Virus record (IMG/VR): IMGVR_UViG_3300037520_001345
Length of the DNA: 55,665 nt
Direction: 5' to 3' (one strand)
Source of the DNA: an uncultured virus (IMG/VR IMGVR_UViG_3300037520_001345)
Taxonomy: Duplodnaviria > Heunggongvirae > Uroviricota > Caudoviricetes
Below the pieces are notes generated by a model, which worked only from the letters and a program-made list of their open reading frames with translations, had not been told where the DNA came from and ran no database searches. Position numbers and translations under genes: made by a program. This document shows positions 10,462-20,487 of the stretch, in pieces (the stretch's first letter is position 1; the number at the start of each line of letters is the position of its first letter).

Positions 10462-10746
10462 TTAAAATTCTGTTAATGGTATTCTTTTCCAGTATGATGA
10501 TGTCAAGCATATGTATATATAATCATTGTCCCATCTCAACTCTCCTGGTGTGCCTATTTCCGATGACGAATTAGGAGCTGCTGTTGGTAATATAATACTC
10601 AGACCTAAAGCATCTATAGAATTAACAACTTTAACATTTTCATCAGTAGATACTATAGTATTGGATATGCGAACAGTATCCTGATCAGATTGAACAATAG
10701 CTACAATTTTTGTATCAGATGATACATTGATGATAGGATCTGGCAT
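10462..10746 (-). CDS. Small virion-associated protein
   Basis: C-terminal GTPGELRWDNDYIYIC...WKRIPL motif common in phage fibre-type proteins. Confidence 0.55.
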   Translation of the reverse strand: MPDPIINVSSDTKIVAIVQSDQDTVRISNTIVSTDENVKVVNSIDALGLSIILPTAAPNSSSEIGTPGELRWDNDYIYICLTSSYWKRIPLTEF

Positions 10747-10751
10747 AAACT

Positions 10752-11189
10752 CTACTCACACGAGGCGCATTCGTCTGGATCGAATGATTTTGGAATAAAA
10801 ACTTCTGGAATAATAATATTTGGATTAAGAATAGTAATAGTTCCTCTTAATAATTGAACAATCTGATCTCCAGCTCCTGGATATAATTCATTTGGAGCTT
10901 TAAGATCTAGATCATATAGAGCAGTAGAGAATGTGTATTCTGAGGTCGTTGATGACGGTAACTTAAATACTATTCTTCCAGTAGATGCTTGAACAACAAG
11001 ATAATAAATAGCATCTTGATTATCTGACATATAAGTAATAACTGACGTATTTGGTCCATCAAGTGGTTGAACACTGATACGAGCTTGCCAATTTGTTAAA
11101 TTGATAGGGGTATTGTCTGAATTTTTATACTCAAATGTTTTTGTTAAACTACTACCTTTAGAGATGTCAAAATTATATTCAGATGCCAT
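10752..11189 (-). CDS. Virion protein, Ig/BppU-like adaptor; paralog of 19878..20285
   Basis: Shares YxFxIxxG...YKNxxxTPINLTNWxAR...YDLxLxxP with 19878..20285. Confidence 0.6.
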   Translation of the reverse strand: MASEYNFDISKGSSLTKTFEYKNSDNTPINLTNWQARISVQPLDGPNTSVITYMSDNQDAIYYLVVQASTGRIVFKLPSSTTSEYTFSTALYDLDLKAPNELYPGAGDQIVQLLRGTITILNPNIIIPEVFIPKSFDPDECASCE

Positions 11190-11206
11190 AATGATTGATA
11201 TCCCTT

Positions 11207-11722
11207 TTAAGAGTAAAAATATCTAGATCTATCACTAGAGTCTTGTAAATATCTTGGATCAAATTTATTACCAACGAATGGACTAAGAATAACAGCCACG
11301 GCTGCAGCATCTTTAACATCCCAATGAGATGTAAGTTCCTCGTACAAAGCGCATGGCCCCTTATCTAAGATTGTCTTCCATCCGTTTAGACTACCAGCTA
11401 CCGATAATTGAGCTGGACCTAAAGCTGCTCTCACTCCTTCTGTTGCGGCTTTGGTTCTGAAGGTGCTTTGGTCAACAATACATGCTGCTTTTAGAGATAA
11501 TAATGCGATAAAAATTTCATCCTTATCTTCTGTTGGGTCGGGACTTATAGTTCCTGCACTTATATTTACGTCATATTGATGTTCCAATACAACATCGAAT
11601 TGAACATATTTAGCTGCTACAGTAATAGACTGTAATAGTCTTTCATCCGAGTACATAGGAGGATCTTCTAAATCATTAATTAAAGTTCTAACAATAATAG
11701 GAATTTCAGTATTCCAACTCAT
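11207..11722 (-). CDS. Probable head-tail adaptor protein
   Basis: IVRTLINDLEDPPMYSDERL N-terminus resembles adaptor/connector proteins; position. Confidence 0.5.
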   Translation of the reverse strand: MSWNTEIPIIVRTLINDLEDPPMYSDERLLQSITVAAKYVQFDVVLEHQYDVNISAGTISPDPTEDKDEIFIALLSLKAACIVDQSTFRTKAATEGVRAALGPAQLSVAGSLNGWKTILDKGPCALYEELTSHWDVKDAAAVAVILSPFVGNKFDPRYLQDSSDRSRYFYS

Positions 11723-11802
11723 ATTTTGACCCTTTTATATAGAGAGTGTGCCTAGTCTTTAATACACCTTATAGTGAAAGGGATAGATTTTAAATTAAAT
11801 GG

Positions 11803-12117
11803 CTAACTTAGAAGTTCCCATAATCCAGTATTCTCATTTAAAGTATGATCATCTCCAGGACAGGGTGGAACAAAAGCTCCTTCTGGAGCATTAATATCTT
11901 CTCTAAAAACATAACCTATCCCAGCATAATTTTTTCGGTATGGAACTCCACCTCCACTATGAACTCCACCAACTGTATTATATGAAGTTCGTTTACAAGT
12001 TTTTCCTCTAAATTCTCCATAATGTTTTTCCCAATTAATACCATCTTCGTTTTCATTCTTACCAACTATAACTTCAGTAACAATATTGTTTTCATCTAAA
12101 AATGCATAATGAGCCAT
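11803..12117 (-). CDS. Fibre-associated small protein (MAHYA/MAHFA type)
   Basis: Paralog of 14837..15124; follows Gly-rich fibre gene. Confidence 0.65.
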   Translation of the reverse strand: MAHYAFLDENNIVTEVIVGKNENEDGINWEKHYGEFRGKTCKRTSYNTVGGVHSGGGVPYRKNYAGIGYVFREDINAPEGAFVPPCPGDDHTLNENTGLWELLS

Positions 12118-12131
12118 AATTATTCTCCTAT

Positions 12132-13049
12132 TTAAACTGTAAATGTAACCGTTCCTGTACCGGCTGTAATTGTAACAATTGTATCTGCTCCAAAAGAAGC
12201 TGTAGTGTATGATAGTCCCGCTGAAAGAGTTATGTTTAATATGGCATCAAATCGCAATATCACAACACCGCTACCACCCACTCCTCCAACTGAGAAATTA
12301 GTACCATCAGTTGCTCCACCACCACCTCCCCCTCCGGTATTAGCCGCACCTGCCGATCCCGCAGACGCAACATCCTGCGACCCGTTGCCTCCACCAGTGC
12401 TACCACCAGAACCAGCAGAAGATGTTCCAACGTAGCCTCCAGAGCCACCGCCGGGACCGTATAGAACAGCCGATCCAGTGATGTCGCTAGACCTACCAAT
12501 ACCGCCCGAACCGCTAACGGTTGAAGTGGCGTCACCCCCTTGTCCACCAGAACCACCGCCACCACCACCAGCCCTTCCGTTTGATTGGCCAAGGCCACCG
12601 GAAAATCCTTGCGTCGTGATGTAGGACGCATTGCGAGTGCCTCCGTTGCTGTTGCCGGTCAGGAACAAATATCCGGCACCTGTAGCAAGCGAGAAGCCAA
12701 CGCTAGATGTCGAACCCGTTCCACCGCCTGCGGCAGTGATACCATCAAAAAAACTATTATTTCCGGGGAATGCTCCAACAGAGCCACCGGCAGCAATCGT
12801 CACGGAGTATGATGTGTTAAGTAGAACGCCAAGGGTCTGATCCACCACGCCGCCACCACCACCTCCGGGTCCAGGGCGTCCGCCACCTCCCTGTGCAGTA
12901 ACACCAGCCGCTCCACCACCAACCACCAACACACGAAGTAAAAAATTATCAGCAAATAAATCCCACGAATATCCATTCCATCGGTATACTCTATTATTTT
13001 GACGAGAATATTGATTTACTGTTGGATTATTTGGAAAATTAAATGGCAT
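12132..13049 (-). CDS. Glycine-rich fibre/virion protein
   Basis: VLVVGGG...ANTGGGGGGG...GGSGVVILR Gly-rich domain ending in TAGTGTVTF. Confidence 0.75.
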   Translation of the reverse strand: MPFNFPNNPTVNQYSRQNNRVYRWNGYSWDLFADNFLLRVLVVGGGAAGVTAQGGGGRPGPGGGGGGVVDQTLGVLLNTSYSVTIAAGGSVGAFPGNNSFFDGITAAGGGTGSTSSVGFSLATGAGYLFLTGNSNGGTRNASYITTQGFSGGLGQSNGRAGGGGGGSGGQGGDATSTVSGSGGIGRSSDITGSAVLYGPGGGSGGYVGTSSAGSGGSTGGGNGSQDVASAGSAGAANTGGGGGGGATDGTNFSVGGVGGSGVVILRFDAILNITLSAGLSYTTASFGADTIVTITAGTGTVTFTV

Positions 13050-13052
13050 AAA

Positions 13053-13928
13053 TTAACTCCATGATACTGTTCCGGTTCCTGCTGTAAAGGTAACTATTGT
13101 ATCAGATCCTACTGTGGTTGTTGTAAATGTTAATCCTACTCCTATATTAATTTTCATTTGGGAAGAATTCCAACGAACAATAACAACGCCAGAACCACCA
13201 GTTGCTGGATTTGCATTTGTTCCACCTCCACCCCCACCTCCTCCTCCAGTATTGGCTGTCCCAGCTACGGCTGCAACGGATGCTGCTGCATTTCCATTCC
13301 CTCCACCACCAATACCACCAGTGCCAGCAATAGCATTAGGATTAATTCCGTTAGAGTAACAACCACCACCAGCTCCTCCGCCATAGTATGATCCAGTAAT
13401 TGTTGCTAACCGACCAGCACCACCATTACCAGATGCAGTAGATACAGCGTCACCACCTTGCGCCCCGGCTCCTCCTCCTCCTCCTGCGGCGGTAGCTGCC
13501 GCAAGACCAGTACCACCAGAAAATCCTTGCGTAGAGCAAAGAGATATTAGTCTCGTTATCGATGTGCTAGTGCCTCCACTAGATGCTCCATATGCTATAG
13601 GCGTATTTTGACCAACGCCAGCACCTCCTCCTATTGCGACGATACTGCTAAACCGAGAAATAGAACCTTGGGTATTCGCTGCTCCCCCAGCTCCAATGGT
13701 TATCGTATATTCTGTTTGCAGTGAAATTCCAAGAAGCTGTTCAAGTACACCTCCGCCTCCACCACCACCAGCAGGAGTATGTCCTGAGCGAATACCACCA
13801 GCTCCACCGCCTCCAACAACTAATAATCTTATTGTTCCAACAATAGACGAAGAACCAGATATTCCATATGGTCCGTATGGACTAGAAGATGCTAAAGATG
13901 ATCCAAAACCATAAATACCATTATTCAT
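13053..13928 (-). CDS. Glycine-rich fibre/virion protein
   Basis: Same Gly-rich domain as 12132..13049, ends TAGTGTVSWS. Confidence 0.75.
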   Translation of the reverse strand: MNNGIYGFGSSLASSSPYGPYGISGSSSIVGTIRLLVVGGGGAGGIRSGHTPAGGGGGGGVLEQLLGISLQTEYTITIGAGGAANTQGSISRFSSIVAIGGGAGVGQNTPIAYGASSGGTSTSITRLISLCSTQGFSGGTGLAAATAAGGGGGAGAQGGDAVSTASGNGGAGRLATITGSYYGGGAGGGCYSNGINPNAIAGTGGIGGGGNGNAAASVAAVAGTANTGGGGGGGGGTNANPATGGSGVVIVRWNSSQMKINIGVGLTFTTTTVGSDTIVTFTAGTGTVSWS

Positions 13929-14308
13929 AGATCAGCACCTAAAGCAGTAACGTGGGTGGCTTGACTAACGCTAGTAGTTACTCTTAAAGTCCAAGAGGCG
14001 CTTGGTAATATAAGATTGTTATACTGGGTACTCACTCTACTTTGCTGAACAGTACTTGATCCAGTGGCGGCAGCTATAGTATATTCGTCAAAAAGATAAT
14101 AAGTAGATCCATCATGTAAAAATAAACGAACTATAGCAGCAGAACTGGTAGCAGCATTTTTTACTACAACTTCTGCTATTCGTGTTCCTGTAGATGCTCC
14201 AGTAATTAAAGTTCCAAAATTTGTTGGGGAAGTATAAGAACTTTCAGCAGTTGATATGCTGACATTTCCTATTCTAGGTGTTGCGGCAAATGAGGGACTA
14301 ATAGCCAT
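13925..14308 (-). CDS. Hypothetical virion protein
   Basis: 127 aa, Ser/Thr/Ala-rich, GGAG RBS. Confidence 0.7.
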   Translation of the reverse strand: MAISPSFAATPRIGNVSISTAESSYTSPTNFGTLITGASTGTRIAEVVVKNAATSSAAIVRLFLHDGSTYYLFDEYTIAAATGSSTVQQSRVSTQYNNLILPSASWTLRVTTSVSQATHVTALGADL

Positions 14309-14319
14309 AATTTATTCTC

Positions 14320-14790
14320 CTATTTAAAGTTGTTCCATAGATAAAGATTAGCGGCATTTTGAGCATTATTAACGCCTGCGGTTGGTGGTCCTATTTCGGC
14401 ATAATATGATCCTGTCCATTGATATAGTCTACTGGTATCAGATGCTAAATAATAAGAGTTGGTTGAACCAGTAGCTGGAAAGCTAGCTGTTGTAGCATAA
14501 CTTATTATAACCGTACTATCAACTGTATAATTGCCAGAACTAGAGCTAATGCTAATTCCAGAACCAGCAGTTATATTGGTCACTGGTAATAGTCCACTAA
14601 CTGAAGAGTTAAAATCTGTAATATTTGAAGATGAGTGAGTATGCCCACTAACACTAACATTAACACTATTAACTTGTAGTGAATTTATAAAATTACCACT
14701 AGTAACAGACAATAACCCACTAACAGAGGTATTAACTCCGCTAATGCTTATGTTTCGTGCTAGTAGTGAATTATTATATGCTTTTGTCAT
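14320..14790 (-). CDS. Short fibre-like protein
   Basis: GHTHSSSNITDFNSSVSGLLPV segment nearly identical to one in 17811..19595. Confidence 0.65.
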   Translation of the reverse strand: MTKAYNNSLLARNISISGVNTSVSGLLSVTSGNFINSLQVNSVNVSVSGHTHSSSNITDFNSSVSGLLPVTNITAGSGISISSSSGNYTVDSTVIISYATTASFPATGSTNSYYLASDTSRLYQWTGSYYAEIGPPTAGVNNAQNAANLYLWNNFK

Positions 14791-14836
14791 ATGTTATTAT
14801 TTCTTAAGTTGTAATATCGTATGGTTTTGTGATATG

Positions 14837-15124
14837 TTATCTGTTTGCAAATGTGGTAATAGTTGGCGTGAATGTTGCCGTCGGGAATGGGTGCGGCGGC
14901 ACGAATACGTCTGCCTGCGGATCGTAAGAAAACCCAATGCCAGCGAATTGTCTGCGAATGCTGCCGCTGTAGCTTGTCTGTATCCATCTTCCGCCAAGCA
15001 AAGACTGACAGAACGAGATGCCCTTGGCCTCGCTTTCGACGCCGTTGTCGAGCAGTTCCGCGTTGTTAACAACGATCACCTGTGTGACGATGTTGTTGTC
15101 GTCGAGTTGTGCAAAATGTGCCAT
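14837..15124 (-). CDS. Fibre-associated small protein (MAHFA type)
   Basis: MAHFAQLDDNNIVTQVIVV...QTSY...FAGIG; paralog of 11803..12117. Confidence 0.65.
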   Translation of the reverse strand: MAHFAQLDDNNIVTQVIVVNNAELLDNGVESEAKGISFCQSLLGGRWIQTSYSGSIRRQFAGIGFSYDPQADVFVPPHPFPTATFTPTITTFANR

Positions 15125-16659
15125 TAGAATGTGATACTCCCGGTACCAGTGAATGTGTAGATGATGCTTCCCTCGCTGTTCGTAATCACAGGGCTACCAG
15201 TTGTCGCCGTTGCAGCGACTTGCGATTTGATAATCACAACGCCGCCTCCCCCAGCAGTACCTCCATCACCGCCCGCACCCTGCCCAGAGTTTGCCGTGCC
15301 AGCAGAGCCAACAGAGTTGCTGCCATTGACGGGCGTGACCTGATCCGCCCCCACCGAGATACCAGCGCCACCGCCGGAAAAATACCTCGTGCCTGAGTAG
15401 AGTACGCCGACGCTGGCTGCTGCCGCAAGCGTACTGTAAGAGCCAACACCGTCACCTCCAGCGCCAGCGGAGCCGCCGGATGCGTTTCCGCCAGCACTAG
15501 CAGCACCACCACCACCGCCGGATGCTCCAGAACCATAAGGCCCAGCGCCGTTGCCTCCGTTGTAACCTTGACCGTTTGTGCCGCTGCCGCCAAGCGATCT
15601 GCTGTCTGTTGTGAAACCGGTTCCGCCGCCGCCGCTGCCTCCGTTTTTGCCTGAGCTATTGCCACCAAACGAACCACCACCACCGCCACCAACAGCAACA
15701 GCTAACAGGCTAGCGAATGAGGAGTTTGAGCCGTTCGTTCCGGCAGTATTTGAGCCAACGCCCGCGCCGCCGCCGCCCACCGTCACGATGTATTGTACGC
15801 CTGTTGCGTAGGCCACCGCAGACGAATAAACTACGCCGCCACCGCCGCCACCGCCGCCTACAGAAGTGGCACCGCCGCCACCACCAGCGACAACGAGAAC
15901 CTCAAGCATACTCCCCGGCGTCACTGCACTACTAGCCGTCGAATATGTTCCAGTACCCACGCCATTGACCCCAGCAACACGAAACACATACGATGCTCCA
16001 TTACTCAGTCCGGTAACAGCCACACTCGTTGAGGTAGAAGCTCCGTCAGAGAATGTTGTCCACGTTGAACCAGAATTTGATGAATATTGTACTATATAAT
16101 CTGTAATCGGCGTCTGACTTAAAACTGCTGGAGCTGTCCAGGATACTGTGGCCTGAGCGTTCCCCTGACTAGCCGTCACTCCTGTCGGTGCCGGAGGAAG
16201 AAATAAATCCCATCTAGAATCATAACTAGAACCCCCACTACCCCCAGAAGAAACTCCAGAAGCCATAGTTAAATATTCTAAAACTGTTCCTGATGGAACA
16301 CTATTATTAAGAGTAACATTAGATCCATCTGTTGCAGAAAAGTCTAGGTCTGATACTAGCTTAACTCCGTCTTGGAACAAATCTAAATACCCGACAGGAT
16401 AGCCACCTGACACGGCAAAACTGGTCAATGTTCCTGTTGTGCTTATTATTCCTCTAACTCCAACAGACGAAGATGATGAACCACCAACACTAGTTGATCC
16501 TATTCCACTAAGAGCTACCCAATTTGAAACTCCGTCTCCTATCTTAAGAATACTATTTGTTAAATCGTAGCCGGGCTCACCACTAGCTAATACTGGATTG
16601 ACCGAAGTCCATGCTGAAGATGTTCCTTTGCGAAATGTTATTAAATCATTAACAGCCAT
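15124..16659 (-). CDS. Tail fibre-like protein: Mtd_N-like N-terminus, FN3 domain, Gly-rich domain
   Basis: FRKGTSSAWTSVNPVLASGEPGYD...KIGDG; FN3 signature PPAPTGVTA...VSWTAP...Y.VQY...VTGL.NG..YVFRV.GVN..G; Gly-rich C-terminus. Confidence 0.8.
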   Translation of the reverse strand: MAVNDLITFRKGTSSAWTSVNPVLASGEPGYDLTNSILKIGDGVSNWVALSGIGSTSVGGSSSSSVGVRGIISTTGTLTSFAVSGGYPVGYLDLFQDGVKLVSDLDFSATDGSNVTLNNSVPSGTVLEYLTMASGVSSGGSGGSSYDSRWDLFLPPAPTGVTASQGNAQATVSWTAPAVLSQTPITDYIVQYSSNSGSTWTTFSDGASTSTSVAVTGLSNGASYVFRVAGVNGVGTGTYSTASSAVTPGSMLEVLVVAGGGGGATSVGGGGGGGGVVYSSAVAYATGVQYIVTVGGGGAGVGSNTAGTNGSNSSFASLLAVAVGGGGGGSFGGNSSGKNGGSGGGGTGFTTDSRSLGGSGTNGQGYNGGNGAGPYGSGASGGGGGAASAGGNASGGSAGAGGDGVGSYSTLAAAASVGVLYSGTRYFSGGGAGISVGADQVTPVNGSNSVGSAGTANSGQGAGGDGGTAGGGGVVIIKSQVAATATTGSPVITNSEGSIIYTFTGTGSITF

Positions 16660-16754
16660 TTTTACTTATATCCTGGATGTTCCGTAGAGCGATTATAATA
16701 ATAATATATACACCTCAAGGCAAGTTTAACAAAATATCAAACTGATTAATAATA

Positions 16755-17783
16755 TTATGGAATAAAATTATCATCAATTATAGAATTTCCAGAAACATAA
16801 CCATCATCATATGATACATTATTAGCTGTAAAATTAGAAATAATAGAAGATGCCGTTCCCGCACTCATTCCCTCAATAGTAGCTCCATTATTAACAAGAT
16901 TAGCTAAGTGATGATCAATAGTTCCATGAGTTTCGAAAATTGTCAAACTTCCTTCGATCCCTTCTTCAACATCTCCAAGCACACTTTGATCCCATACTGA
17001 TACTGATTCATTTGTTGATTCGTCTGTTAAATCATCTAAAATATCAGATTCTTCTATTTGTGCGACGTTTATTGTTTCTAGATCTTCATCTGATAATATT
17101 ATATCTTGAACACGAAACATATCATTAGAGTTTTCATCTATTGACAATCCACCTACGGATGTCTCAAAGCTAGCTCTTGTTAAGCCATAAGTTTGTCCTG
17201 CCTCTCCGTATCCGTCCCATGTTCTTCCATCTTTTCCAACCCAAAAACCACCTGAATCAGCTACTTTTCTTAAGATCATTGTTAGTGCGCCGCCAAGTTT
17301 TGTAATATTATATATTGTATTCCATTTCATCTCAAAGTTTAAATATGATAATGCTCCAGTACCAACTTTTATTATAGAAATAGTGATTGGTCCAATAGTG
17401 GTATATGCAGTATTGTTGAAGGTTCTTGTAACATTATTATGAACGATTCTAAAACTTTCTATTGCTTTTGCCGTTTTCCAATTTTTAACAGTGTAGTATA
17501 CCTTGAGCTTCATTAAGCGTGTTTCAACATCTAGCAAAAGTAATTCTGTGCCGCCAGACCCTACTTTATTATCTCCCCATTTTGCTAAAAACTTTCCAGA
17601 CGAGTAGTTATTTGGATTAAGAGTTTGGGCCTGTCTAATATACAGGTGTGGGTCACCCCACCCTCCCACATTCATAGCAGCTAATTTTTTAATATTGTCT
17701 TGTTGTCTAACTACGAGTCTATTTGTAGCACGACTAATGAATAATTTACCATTACTGTTACCGAAGCCAAAAAAAGCTCTCAT
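16755..17783 (-). CDS. Hypothetical virion protein with GDPH motif and acidic C-terminus
   Basis: 342 aa; GGWGDPHLY. Confidence 0.65.
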   Translation of the reverse strand: MRAFFGFGNSNGKLFISRATNRLVVRQQDNIKKLAAMNVGGWGDPHLYIRQAQTLNPNNYSSGKFLAKWGDNKVGSGGTELLLLDVETRLMKLKVYYTVKNWKTAKAIESFRIVHNNVTRTFNNTAYTTIGPITISIIKVGTGALSYLNFEMKWNTIYNITKLGGALTMILRKVADSGGFWVGKDGRTWDGYGEAGQTYGLTRASFETSVGGLSIDENSNDMFRVQDIILSDEDLETINVAQIEESDILDDLTDESTNESVSVWDQSVLGDVEEGIEGSLTIFETHGTIDHHLANLVNNGATIEGMSAGTASSIISNFTANNVSYDDGYVSGNSIIDDNFIP

Positions 17784-17810
17784 TGTGTTTTCCTTTTTTT
17801 TATGAAAATA

Positions 17811-19595
17811 TTATGGTGTGCCGCCATCAATGACGCAGTAATATAGTGTTGTTGGATTAGCTGCGCTAACTCCGCTAATGCTTGTTAGTCCGGCGAGAGT
17901 AGACGTTGTTGTTCCAAGAGATACTGATGTAGAGCCTATTGTAACCGAACTATTAAGAAGCTTATTATTAGCTATACTTCCAGCCAACATGGTATTTGTT
18001 ACTGTACCAGTATCTGATGTATAAACACCGCTAGTTACTGTACTGGCATTACCACTTAAATTAGCGGTAATAGTTCCCGCACTAAAATTGCCGCTAGCAT
18101 CACGGGATACAATAGCCAAAGTAGTATTGCTGTCTGTTGCTGTTGTTGCACTATTGCTAACTTTGCCACTTGAACTAATTGTAGCTAGTTTGCTATCAGC
18201 AATAGCTGCGGAGCTGGATATGTCTCCATTTACAATACTATTAGATAGACTTAACTTACTGTATGCAATAGCAGCGGCACTATTAATGTCTGCATCAACA
18301 ATGGTGTTGTTAGCAATCATGGTACTAGTAACAGTACCAGTATCTGTTGTATAAACGCCATTTGTAACAGTACTAGCATTGCCGTTCAATGATCCAATAA
18401 AATTACCACTAGTATAAATATCTCCACCAGTAAATTCCCACCTATTAGCTGATGTATTCCAAACAACTGACTTTGTGTCAGTCCCTGTATAAACTTCCAT
18501 ACCTCCGGTATTCAAGCCACTAGTATTAACTCTGATAATGTTATCACCAATTTCTACAGTAGTACTGTTAACTGTAGTAGTTGTCCCTTGAACAATAAGA
18601 TCTCCACCAACTGTAATGTTTCCGGTGGTTGCTAAATTATTAATACCAACAATACTACGGGTACTATTAAGTACTAAAGCTCTGCTTGCAGAAGCTGTAC
18701 CAGCAACAACTCCGGACAGATATGTTAGTTCAGCTAGTGTTGCTCTTGTAGAAGCGTCTGTTATATTATTCCAGGTGTGAGTATGTCCAACAAAAGATAC
18801 TCCAGTAGTATCGATAAACATAGCATCATTAATAGAATCATAAGTTAAAGCAATACCAGTTCTTCCAATTACCTGAGTGGTAGCAACACTTCCAAGATCG
18901 GTAACTAAAGAACTTGGGATTCCAGTTACGCTAATAGTTTGAACACCAGCATTATTAACTATGCCAATGCCAGATCCTTGAGATAAACTCTTAACATTTA
19001 ATAAACCACTTACCGAGGAATTAAAATCTCCAATATAAGAACTAGTTAATCCAGTAACTGAGATGGTTTCTACCTTACTAGTATCATCATAACTTGCTCT
19101 AATACCACTTACCCCAGTTATGGTAGCTCCTATAACATCTTTAACTGTATTAGCATCTAATCCATTAGTAGATATTGTGAATGTTCCATTGTTTCCACTT
19201 ACAGCAATATTAGTGCCAGCCACAATATTTTTTACTGGTAATAAGCCACTAACACTACTATTAAAATCAGTAATTGCAGAAGATGAATGAGTATGGCCGG
19301 GAAGGGAAACTCCAGTAACAGATATGGTTAAGGCATTTGTTGAATCACTGTAAGACTTTTCAATATTAGAACCAGCGACCAATAGATCATTAACTCTATC
19401 GTCTACCAATTCATTTAATTCAGAAGGTAAAACAGCTGCGTAAGCCAAAGAATTCCAGGCTGTTGTACCGTCTCCTATCTTGAATTTTTTATTGTCTGTT
19501 TCATAGCCTACTTCTCCAGCACTTAAAATAGGATTGACTGCGACCCAGTCTGTTGCTATACTTCTACGAAACTGAATTTTAGTTTGAACTGGCAT
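17811..19595 (-). CDS. Tail fibre-like protein with Mtd_N-like N-terminus
   Basis: IQFRRSIATDWVAVNPILSAGEVGYETDNKKFKIGDG; HTH (His-x-His) repeats; ends IDGGTP. Confidence 0.8.
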   Translation of the reverse strand: MPVQTKIQFRRSIATDWVAVNPILSAGEVGYETDNKKFKIGDGTTAWNSLAYAAVLPSELNELVDDRVNDLLVAGSNIEKSYSDSTNALTISVTGVSLPGHTHSSSAITDFNSSVSGLLPVKNIVAGTNIAVSGNNGTFTISTNGLDANTVKDVIGATITGVSGIRASYDDTSKVETISVTGLTSSYIGDFNSSVSGLLNVKSLSQGSGIGIVNNAGVQTISVTGIPSSLVTDLGSVATTQVIGRTGIALTYDSINDAMFIDTTGVSFVGHTHTWNNITDASTRATLAELTYLSGVVAGTASASRALVLNSTRSIVGINNLATTGNITVGGDLIVQGTTTTVNSTTVEIGDNIIRVNTSGLNTGGMEVYTGTDTKSVVWNTSANRWEFTGGDIYTSGNFIGSLNGNASTVTNGVYTTDTGTVTSTMIANNTIVDADINSAAAIAYSKLSLSNSIVNGDISSSAAIADSKLATISSSGKVSNSATTATDSNTTLAIVSRDASGNFSAGTITANLSGNASTVTSGVYTSDTGTVTNTMLAGSIANNKLLNSSVTIGSTSVSLGTTTSTLAGLTSISGVSAANPTTLYYCVIDGGTP

Positions 19596-19617
19596 TATAA
19601 ATCTCCATTAAAATATT

Positions 19618-19881
19618 TTAGGGTGTTCCACAGTCGAATTGGTATGAGTCTAAGTAATCGTCTAATCCACTAATTCTATAAACAGATAAATTTCCAATAA
19701 TTTTATTCATAGGGTAGGAATCTGGTAGATCACTAAGTAGAATCTTTTCAGTATTGATAACATCAACATTATACGTTTCGTATCTTTCTATTTCTAGATT
19801 ATTAATATTTTCAATATAACTAGTTTCTATCTCAATAATGTTATTCTCTGTATCTACAATTTCAACAATAAAATCACTCAT
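19618..19881 (-). CDS. Small acidic virion-associated protein
   Basis: 87 aa, ends FDCGTP like neighbouring fibre. Confidence 0.6.
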   Translation of the reverse strand: MSDFIVEIVDTENNIIEIETSYIENINNLEIERYETYNVDVINTEKILLSDLPDSYPMNKIIGNLSVYRISGLDDYLDSYQFDCGTP

Positions 19882-20285
19882 ATGTTACAGTCTAAGTTGG
19901 AAGTATTTTGACTAAATCTCTTAACAACAGTAACTGTACCAAATACAATCCTAGTAATATATTTACCTCCACCACCAGCATATAAATCATCTGGAGATCG
20001 TAGTTCCAGATCATATTTAGCCGTGTTGAAGATAAATCCATTAGTAGTTGAGGCGGGAATTAGCAAAGTAAGTTTTCCATTTAAATCATCTATTGTAAAT
20101 TTATATACACTATAGTCAGTATTTTCAGAATGAAACGCTTGGGTGGCATTCAAGTTAGTTCTCCAAGTAAGTCTAGCACACCAGTTTGTTAAATTGATGG
20201 GGGTTCCATTCTGGTTTTTGTATATCCAGGATATTTTAAATGATGTTCCCTGTTCTATAGCAAAGTCATATTTGGCTGCTGCCAT
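19878..20285 (-). CDS. Virion protein, Ig/BppU-like adaptor; paralog of 10752..11189
   Basis: Shared motifs with 10752..11189. Confidence 0.6.
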   Translation of the reverse strand: MAAAKYDFAIEQGTSFKISWIYKNQNGTPINLTNWCARLTWRTNLNATQAFHSENTDYSVYKFTIDDLNGKLTLLIPASTTNGFIFNTAKYDLELRSPDDLYAGGGGKYITRIVFGTVTVVKRFSQNTSNLDCNI

Positions 20286-20422
20286 TAGTTTATGCCCTTA
20301 AGGATAGGATATTCTAAGCTATTAAAATAGAGTAGGATATAAAGTATTATACACCTAAGTCTTCGTTGTCTGTTTAGCTTGTCTACAAAAACAAATCTGT
20401 ATATTCTCGATAGTGGTGAAAT

Positions 20423-20451
20423 AAAAAGAGCCACCGGTTAAGGCAGCTCTT
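20423..20451 (-). terminator. Rho-independent terminator after major capsid gene
   Basis: AAGAGC...GCTCTT stem followed by T-run on minus strand. Confidence 0.55.
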
Positions 20452-20487
20452 CTTATTTTTAATAATAGTCTTAAGACTGTTATAGTA

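Noticed and set aside
12205..16099. Pro-rich plus-strand ORFs
   Set aside because: Reverse-complement artefacts of poly-Gly codons in the fibre genes.
11803..19595. Diversity-generating retroelement targeting Mtd_N-type fibres
   Set aside because: No reverse transcriptase and no TR/VR pair differing only at adenines seen in the window.
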